64,000 nt of DNA. It comes from Bacillota bacterium (GTDB taxonomy: Bacteria > Bacillota > Sulfobacillia > JAJZYS01 > JAJYTV01). Positions 57,742-64,000 of this stretch are shown piece after piece. The stretch covers positions 144,753 to 208,752 of the forward strand of contig JAJYSJ010000002.1 of NCBI GenBank assembly GCA_021793645.1. The letters are read 5' to 3'. Position numbers and translations under genes: made by a program. A model generated the notes under the pieces. It had not been told where the DNA came from. It was given only the letters and a program-made list of their open reading frames with translations, and did not search any database. Within the stretch, counting starts at the first letter, position 1; each line of letters starts with the position of its first letter.

Positions 57742-58956
57742 ATGCAGTCCTGGTTGTCCCGCTACCCCAAACCGCTCCTTGTGCTCGTTGCGAGCACCGT
57801 CCTCATGGTCTCGGGCTTCTCCCTTCTCTGGCCGCTTGTGACGATCTACGTGCACACGCGGCTTGGACTCTCCATGACCGACGCCGGTCTTGTCCTTCTC
57901 CTGCAATCGGCGGCAAATCTCGCAGGCAACTTCATCGGAGGCAATCTCTTCGACGTTTGGGGCGGGCGGAGGACGATCGTGACGGGTGCCCTCCTGGCCG
58001 CAATCGCCACCACCGCGATGGCGATCTTCCAGGGCATCCTGCCTTACGCTCTTCTGACAGTCGCGGTGGGCGTTGGAACGGGGCTCGTCTACCCTTCCAT
58101 CTATTCCTATGCCGCAACCGTCTGGCCCGAAGGGCGACGGGCGGCGTTCAATGCCGTTTACGTCGCCTCCAACGTGGGCGTCGCCGTAGGCTCCTTCGCT
58201 GGCGGCTTCCTCGCCCAGGTCAGCTTCTCTCTCTCGTTCGCGACAACCGGCGCAATCTTTCTTATCTACCTGATCTGCGTTCTGCTCGCCTTTCGCGGAC
58301 CCGCTTGGGAAAAGGCGGCCCGTCCGACGGCACCGGCCACTGCGGGCAGCACCTTGCGGACGCCGCTCTTCGCCCTCGCACCCCTCCTGCTTGCGGGAGG
58401 CATGTTCCTCGACTGGGCTGCCTACGTCCAGTGGCAGGTGACCGTCCCGACGCACATGCAGGCACTGGGGTTCCCTCTCTCCAGCTACAGCCTGCTCTGG
58501 ACGCTGAACGGCGCCGTGATCCTGCTCGGGCAGCCGCTCGTGACATGGTTGACCGGCCGCGTGCCTCGCGTGAAGGCGCAGATCTTGATCGGGAACGCCC
58601 TGTTCGTCGCGGCCTTCCTCGTCCTCGTGCGAACAGCGATCTATCCAGGGTTTCTCATCGCCATGGCCCTCGCCACCTTCGGCGAGATGCTGGTCTGGCC
58701 AGGCGTGCCGGCAGCCGCCGACCAGCTCGCTCCAGAGGGTAGACGCGGCCTCTACCAAGGCCTGATCAGCGGCGCTTCCTCCGCAGGCCGAGGGCTGGGT
58801 CCACTGCTGGGCGGCCTGCTATACGACCACTTCCCATCGCCGATGCTGTTCGCGGCGATGACCGGCATCTTTATCTTGGGGTTCTTCGTGCTGGCGCTGC
58901 ACGATCGCACAGCCATCCGCCAGGCTTCCGCGCCGAGCGTCCCGCTTGATCACTAG
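57742..58956 (+). CDS. MFS transporter
   Basis: 12-TM MFS pattern. Start at MQSWLSRYPKP. Confidence 0.8.
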   Translation: MQSWLSRYPKPLLVLVASTVLMVSGFSLLWPLVTIYVHTRLGLSMTDAGLVLLLQSAANLAGNFIGGNLFDVWGGRRTIVTGALLAAIATTAMAIFQGILPYALLTVAVGVGTGLVYPSIYSYAATVWPEGRRAAFNAVYVASNVGVAVGSFAGGFLAQVSFSLSFATTGAIFLIYLICVLLAFRGPAWEKAARPTAPATAGSTLRTPLFALAPLLLAGGMFLDWAAYVQWQVTVPTHMQALGFPLSSYSLLWTLNGAVILLGQPLVTWLTGRVPRVKAQILIGNALFVAAFLVLVRTAIYPGFLIAMALATFGEMLVWPGVPAAADQLAPEGRRGLYQGLISGASSAGRGLGPLLGGLLYDHFPSPMLFAAMTGIFILGFFVLALHDRTAIRQASAPSVPLDH

Positions 58957-59162
58957 TTGGGCGGAGAAGTCACTCATGTCTTCTGGCGGAATTTTCAGAT
59001 CGGCAAGGTGCTTCACGGAGGTATAGTCCCTTGCGGCGTCGACTTCGCAGTACAACTTCGGGACGCAGGATCCGCCCAACGATGCGGTCGTGGGAGATGC
59101 CGCGTTCGTGGTCACTGCGCAATAGGAAACGAGCGGACCTCACTCCACGGTTGCTTCGTTTC

Positions 59163-61229
59163 TCATCGCGTCCGGTTCTCCTTGGCGCTTCCTTGGCTGC
59201 GCTCAGGGGACGTAGGACCAGTGTTCCCCGCCGTCCTGGCTGTGTAGAGTCCACCTCGCGTCAGGATCAGCGCCAGCGATCTGCCTGCCACCGCTACCGC
59301 ATTCGGCGGCCCCAGCTGAGAAAGGTTCAAGGCAGACCAGCTGCGCCCGCCATCGCGCGTCACAAGATACTGCGACGTATAGGCATAGCGCTGCACGATG
59401 CCAAAGCCGCTCGGAGCGATGGCCATCTGCAGCCCGGGGAACTGGGTGTGCGTCATTCCCCGCACCTGCAGCAGCGCATTCCAGTGCCTCCCGCCGTCCG
59501 CCGTCGCGTAGAGAGTGGCCTGACCGGCCTGCCCGACGTACGCGAAGCCCTTCCTGGGTGTCTCGAACGCAATGGACCAGACGTCTTGGTTAGGCAGCTT
59601 CCCGTATGTGTACCACGTCTTGCCCCCGTCAGCGCTGCGCAGGATCTCTCCACCCGTCGCAGCCAGGCTGGCCGCAACGCCGATCCCTCCCGAAAAGATG
59701 TGCGCGTACTCCAGTGCGTGCCGCAGCACGGCGCCTACCGCCTGCCAGTGCTGCCCTCCGTCGGTCGTCTGGTAGCCGCGAATGGACTCCTCCGGCATGA
59801 AGGTGCTCGCGATGGCGTAGCCCCGCTGCGCGCCCGCGAAGGAAACGCTCCGGGGAACCTGTCCCGGCAGGTCGCCGACGATGCCCCAGGACTTTCCGCT
59901 GTCGGTGCTTTGCAGGAGCGCCGACGCATCGGACGGCAGGCCGAAGCCACAGAGCGTACCGCCTGGATCCGCTCCCAGTCCGAGAGCCGGCGCCGGCGCC
60001 GGCCAGACCTGCTGCACAGTCCCGTCCGACAACAGGCGCACGAGCGCACTGCTCCCCCCGTTGTTGGACTCAGGAAGCGCCGCGATGGCGTAGGCCATGC
60101 CCGGCAGCACGAAGAGCGCCCCGGTGTCGAATGCCATGGCAGCGAACTGCCGGAAGCTGCGGCCGCCGTCTGTTGTGACGAGAAATCCGCCAGCACCGCC
60201 GCCCGCGCCTTGGGATAGCGAGATCCACCCGTCTTCTGGGCTCGTGAACTGCGGTGCGCTGGGCCACCCCACCTGGATGTTCGGCCCCCACCGGTAGGAC
60301 TTTTGCAAGGGCTGCCAGGTCCGCCCGCCATCGGCCGTCCCCTCGAGTGCTGAAAGGCAGCCGCCCATGGTGCATCCCTCGAGGTTCGGCAGCTCTGCGA
60401 AGCCGACCTCGGGCGATACGAAGTCCACTGCGAACGTGCCGACGTTGCCAGTCCCGGTGCTGCCGACAGACTGCAGTACCTGCCAGGTTGCCCCGCCATC
60501 CGCCGTGCCGAGGATCGCTCCGCTGCAGCTGCCGTAGGATCCATCAGCAGGCGTGCAGCGCCAGGCGGCGAGGTAGCCGTGTCTTGCGTCGACGAAGTCG
60601 ACGCCCATCGGATAGTAGCCCTCCGTCCCGACCGTCTCCCAGGTGCTGCCGCCGTCCTCCGTACGCACGAGCGCCGTCGCCCGCAGGGGGCCGGCGTATC
60701 CGCGCGCAGGGATAATCCCGTAGCCGAGGCTCTGGCTGAGCATGCGGGGACCTTGCAAGAACTCCTCGCCGCGCTCCAGGGTGCGCCAGGTCTCACCGCC
60801 GTCGTCCGTGCCAAGCAGGCTCTGTACGCCGCCCGCAGTGGTGGCCGTGATCAAACCGTGCAGGGAGTCGATGAACTGCACAGACGTCGGCAGCAGTTGG
60901 CCAAGAGCGGTCCAGGAGAGCGTCTGCCCACCGTCGCTCGTCGTGGCAACGCCCCCGACGCAGTTGCTTTGGTTCCAGCCGCAGCGCGTGCCCACCGCGA
61001 AGCCCCGCTGAGCCGTCAGGAAGTCGAGGCCGGTCAGGGACCACGGCGCCTCGCCCACCACGGGCTGAATCATTCCGGTGATGCGGGCGGTCGGCATAGA
61101 GATTGGGGCGGGCTTTCGCATAGCCGCCTTGGGAATTGTAGTCCCGCAAGCAGCCGTAAGCGCAGTGACTACCGCCAGCAGCACGCCTGCCGCCGTACGC
61201 CCTCGTCGCGGTGCGTTCGGGCCCGCCAT
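59163..61229 (-). CDS. BNR/Asp-box repeat beta-propeller lipoprotein (Ycf48/sialidase-like repeats)
   Basis: At least 11 S/T-x-D-G-G-x-T/S-W repeats (TSDGGQTLSW, TDDGGETWRT, TEDGGSTWET, ...). Lipobox LTAAC after an N-terminal signal-like segment. Confidence 0.75.
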   Translation of the reverse strand: MAGPNAPRRGRTAAGVLLAVVTALTAACGTTIPKAAMRKPAPISMPTARITGMIQPVVGEAPWSLTGLDFLTAQRGFAVGTRCGWNQSNCVGGVATTSDGGQTLSWTALGQLLPTSVQFIDSLHGLITATTAGGVQSLLGTDDGGETWRTLERGEEFLQGPRMLSQSLGYGIIPARGYAGPLRATALVRTEDGGSTWETVGTEGYYPMGVDFVDARHGYLAAWRCTPADGSYGSCSGAILGTADGGATWQVLQSVGSTGTGNVGTFAVDFVSPEVGFAELPNLEGCTMGGCLSALEGTADGGRTWQPLQKSYRWGPNIQVGWPSAPQFTSPEDGWISLSQGAGGGAGGFLVTTDGGRSFRQFAAMAFDTGALFVLPGMAYAIAALPESNNGGSSALVRLLSDGTVQQVWPAPAPALGLGADPGGTLCGFGLPSDASALLQSTDSGKSWGIVGDLPGQVPRSVSFAGAQRGYAIASTFMPEESIRGYQTTDGGQHWQAVGAVLRHALEYAHIFSGGIGVAASLAATGGEILRSADGGKTWYTYGKLPNQDVWSIAFETPRKGFAYVGQAGQATLYATADGGRHWNALLQVRGMTHTQFPGLQMAIAPSGFGIVQRYAYTSQYLVTRDGGRSWSALNLSQLGPPNAVAVAGRSLALILTRGGLYTARTAGNTGPTSPERSQGSAKENRTR

Positions 61230-61384
61230 CTTGCCGCCTCCGATCGTCCTTCTACCGGCCAGCTTGAACCTCATCGAACACCAGGAGACCCCGCATTGAA
61301 CGCTTCCCGCCCGTGCCTGATATCCTGGCCCTCAACGACGACATTTTACGGCGCCGCTGATAACGCCGTAGGCAGAAGAGTGCA

Positions 61385-61432
61385 CAGGCTGCAAAAACAG
61401 GAAAGGAGCCGGAGTATATCCCCGACTCCTTG
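61385..61432 (-). terminator. rho-independent terminator downstream of the MFS gene (AAGGAGUCGG..CCGGCUCCUU + UCCUGUUUUUGCAG)
   Basis: Read directly on the minus strand. Confidence 0.5.
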
Positions 61433-61443
61433 CGACTGACCTT

Positions 61444-62700
61444 TCAGGCGCCTTCCGCCTCGGCCTGTTCGACAGGCGTCGGTACAGGCATGCGCACGGC
61501 GAGCAGGAGAGAGCAGAGCATCAGCCCTCCTCCCATCAGGAAGACCGTCGAGAGCGGAAGAGTACTCGCGAGGAATCCTCCGAGCATGGCTCCGAGCGGC
61601 GCCGCGACCTGGACGGTGGTCATCAATGCCCCTACGGCGCGCCCCATCATGTGCTGCGGGATCTCGCGCTGGAACATCGTTTGTGCAACTGGGTTCACCA
61701 CCCCGATGCCTACTCCCAGGAAGAAGAGAACAACGAGGTCCGGCACGAAGTACGGCAGTTGGGAGAATGCCGTAAAGGCGATGGCGGTCAGCATGACCGA
61801 TCCGAGAATCAGGTGCTGTCCCTTGAAGCGCTGCATCAGGGCGCCCGCGAGGATGCTGCCGGCGATCACGCCGATGGTAACGGCGGCGCCGAGGATGCCG
61901 TATTCCAGCGCACCGAGGTGCAGCACCTGGCGCACCCACACGACGTCCAGCACGTTAAGGGGCATGAACGCGAAGTTCATGATCGCGCCGAGCAGCACGA
62001 GCCGGCGGAAAAAGGGGCTGCCGTAGACAAAGCGCAGCCCTGCGCCGAGCTCGCGCAGAAAGCTGGGTGGCTGCCCTTCGACGGACGACCTGGCCGCAGG
62101 CATCGTAGCCTCGCGCGTCAGGCGCAGCAGCCCTACCGAGACGAACGAGACGACAAACGTCGCTGCATCGATCCCCAGCAGCAAAGCAGGGCCGAAGACG
62201 CCCATCAGGAAGCCGCCGAGGCTCATGCCGACAAGACCAGCACCTGCGCTGGCACCCTGGTTCATGCCGCTTGCGGCGCCAAGCTCCTCCATGCCCACGA
62301 CGTTCGGCAGAAGGGACATCTCGGCGGGCCCGAAGAGGTTGCCGACGAGACCGATCAGCAGCGCAAACGCGAAGATCATCGGCAGGCCGAGGTGTCCGAG
62401 CCCGGCCGCGAGTGCGAGCCCGCCCGCAAGGAGGGCACGCAGCACGTCAGACCAGATCATCGTGCGCCTGCGGTCCCAGCGATCCACGAGAACCCCCGTC
62501 AGCATGCTCGCAAGGGCTGTCAGACTGATCACGGTTCCGAGGTATCCGAGATCCATGCGACTTCCGGTCAGACTGAAGGTATACCAGTAGATTGCCAAGG
62601 GATAAAAGGCGTTTCCGAACTGGGAGACAACCTGACCAGACAGCATGATGACGTAGTTGCGGTTATGCAGTACTCCCGACCGCTTTCCCTGTTCTTCCAA
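61444..62700 (-). CDS. MFS transporter (DHA-type efflux-like)
   Basis: 12-TM pattern. TTG start 7 nt after GGAGGAG; the upstream 44 codons of the track ORF include a palindromic region and are rejected. Confidence 0.7.
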   Translation of the reverse strand: MEEQGKRSGVLHNRNYVIMLSGQVVSQFGNAFYPLAIYWYTFSLTGSRMDLGYLGTVISLTALASMLTGVLVDRWDRRRTMIWSDVLRALLAGGLALAAGLGHLGLPMIFAFALLIGLVGNLFGPAEMSLLPNVVGMEELGAASGMNQGASAGAGLVGMSLGGFLMGVFGPALLLGIDAATFVVSFVSVGLLRLTREATMPAARSSVEGQPPSFLRELGAGLRFVYGSPFFRRLVLLGAIMNFAFMPLNVLDVVWVRQVLHLGALEYGILGAAVTIGVIAGSILAGALMQRFKGQHLILGSVMLTAIAFTAFSQLPYFVPDLVVLFFLGVGIGVVNPVAQTMFQREIPQHMMGRAVGALMTTVQVAAPLGAMLGGFLASTLPLSTVFLMGGGLMLCSLLLAVRMPVPTPVEQAEAEGA

Positions 62701-62761
62701 TGTCACACTCCTCCGCCAGCTCTGGCCATACCTAGAGCGTAGCGCCATGGTGCGGCCAGCG

Positions 62762-62805
62762 TACTGTCCTTTGGTACAGGATGGCGCCTGTACCAAAGGG
62801 CAGTT
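62762..62805. promoter_or_regulatory. AT-rich 17-bp inverted repeat (CTGTCCTTTGGTACAGG-n7-CCTGTACCAAAGGGCAG); candidate operator or terminator between the dmpA-like and MFS genes
   Basis: Read directly. 16/17 positions are palindromic; the composition is unusually AT-rich for this genome. Confidence 0.4.
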
Positions 62806-62855
62806 TCCGTGTCCGGTTGCAGGCGAAGCCAAGACTGCGAGCGAGATCGCCTGCC

Positions 62856-63923
62856 CTACGACGGGATGCGGCCGTACCGGCGCATGATGGCCAACAGTTC
62901 ATTGGAGTCGAGTGCGGGCACCACGAGTCCTGCCGGACGGACCGCGGTCATCGGCTCCGCCGCGAGCAGGGCGTTGACGACCGACTCTTCGACGGCCGCG
63001 CAGGTCGCGTCGTAGATCGGATCGAACGCCTCGTCGTTGACGAAGTCCATCCTCAGGTGAGCTGCGGCCGACTGGGGGATCTCCATCTCGTTCGCCGTGG
63101 AGAAGGCGAGGAAGATGTCTCCGGAGCTGTTGCCGCTCGAGGTGCCCGTGCGCGCGATGCCCAGTGCGGCACGCTTCGCCACGCGGCGGAGCTGATGCGG
63201 CAGCATGGGGATGTCGGTGCCGATGACCACGATGACCGACCCGCGCTCCCTGTCGTCTAGCGCGGTCTGCGGCAAGTGGCGCCCGACCGGCACGCCCAGG
63301 ACAGTGAACTGTTCGCGCAGCCCGAAGTTGGCCTGCACGAAGGCGCCTACGTGGTACGCGGTGCCCGCGATCTCCACCAGCCTGGACGACGTGCCCGAAC
63401 CGCCTTTGAAGCCGTAGCAGATCATGCCCGTGCCGCCGCCGACGTTCCCCTCCGCGACGGGGCCCGCTGTTGCGGACGCGATCGCGCGGAGGGCGTCCTC
63501 GGCGCGCACGTGCTGGCCGTTGATGTCGTTCAGGACACCGTCGTACGTCTCCGCGACCACCGGCAGCGCCCAGAGGTGCTGCTCGTCGAACTGCTCCTTG
63601 TACTGCAGGAGCATCCAGCGCACCGCCGCATCGTGCACGATGCCGACGGAGTGCGTGTTGGTGATGCAGACCGGCCCGAGAAAATAACCTCCGTCCGCAA
63701 TCCAGTGCACGCCGGTCATCTCGCCGTTTCCGTTCAGGCTGAACGTACCCGCCCAGATAGGGTGCATCCGCGTTTGCTTTCCGCGCGGCAGGATCGCCGT
63801 CACACCGGTGCGCACTGCGGTGCTCGGCGCTCTGCTGGCAGCGTCGCGGATGATCGTGTGGTAGCCGACTTCCACGCCGGGAACGTCGGTAATCGCGTTG
63901 TTCGAGCCCGTCTGCCCACCCAT
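62856..63923 (-). CDS. peptidase family S58 (DmpA / L-aminopeptidase D-Ala-esterase/amidase, ArgJ-like fold)
   Basis: DmpA/OAT-superfamily similarity including the GGGTG..GFKGGSGTSS autoprocessing region. Confidence 0.85.
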   Translation of the reverse strand: MGGQTGSNNAITDVPGVEVGYHTIIRDAASRAPSTAVRTGVTAILPRGKQTRMHPIWAGTFSLNGNGEMTGVHWIADGGYFLGPVCITNTHSVGIVHDAAVRWMLLQYKEQFDEQHLWALPVVAETYDGVLNDINGQHVRAEDALRAIASATAGPVAEGNVGGGTGMICYGFKGGSGTSSRLVEIAGTAYHVGAFVQANFGLREQFTVLGVPVGRHLPQTALDDRERGSVIVVIGTDIPMLPHQLRRVAKRAALGIARTGTSSGNSSGDIFLAFSTANEMEIPQSAAAHLRMDFVNDEAFDPIYDATCAAVEESVVNALLAAEPMTAVRPAGLVVPALDSNELLAIMRRYGRIPS

Positions 63924-64000
63924 CGGCAGTCCAATGTCTCTGGCGCGCGGCTTGCTGGCCAGGTGACGATCCCTCCTTGGCGTTGCTAGTTTTTGCTGGG

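Noticed and set aside
1-64000. CRISPR arrays, rRNA genes, additional tRNAs
   Set aside because: No short regularly spaced direct repeats with unique spacers and no rRNA-like conserved blocks were seen. Only one complete tRNA cloverleaf (tRNA-Arg) plus its partial duplicate was found.

Overview
This is a ~64 kb, high-GC (about 67-69% by eye) bacterial chromosomal segment with compact, mostly operonic coding. Gene organisation looks Firmicutes-like: kdpF-A-B-C with a KdpD that has only the sensor/Usp part, a TPP riboswitch with an attenuator terminator, DUF2294 and a YjfB-like small protein. A high-GC Clostridia-type organism such as Symbiobacterium is possible but not established. Four blocks are visible.

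(1) 1-23.6 kb, core genes: endonuclease III, a class-V aminotransferase/cysteine-desulfurase-like enzyme, an ABC-2 transporter (ATPase plus two permeases), LysR plus a TDT-family transporter, a UPF0016/GDT1 half-protein, kdpFABC plus the KdpD N-terminal domain protein, DUF2294, MarR, MFS, a TPP-riboswitch-controlled thiamine salvage operon (PurM-like, ThiD, TenA, DoxX, HAD), DsrE-like, HtrA-like and HxlR.

(2) ~24-42.6 kb, accessory/mobile region anchored on tRNA-Arg(CCG). A ~135-nt direct repeat of the tRNA 3' half plus downstream sequence brackets a 7.2 kb segment carrying RibD_C, an ECF sigma factor plus YciI, an AbiEii-family nucleotidyltransferase, a GNAT and an IS607-family tnpA+tnpB element. 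Downstream lie an integrase remnant, a MntA/HepT TA pair, many gene fragments, three copies of an IS right-end/omegaRNA-like repeat, a 41-bp perfect inverted-repeat pair 9.15 kb apart, and a truncated IS21 istA.

(3) 42.6-50 kb: MFS, an acyl-CoA synthetase and an SCP2/Zn-ADH/ALDH operon.

(4) 50-64 kb: GT2, PolX, an MFS / SPL-like PLP enzyme / FGGY kinase operon, an SCP2 paralog, MFS transporters, a BNR-repeat lipoprotein and a DmpA peptidase.

No CRISPR array and no rRNA were seen. The only RNA gene supported is the tRNA-Arg. Many long antisense or alternative-frame ORFs in the track are high-GC artefacts and are not called.
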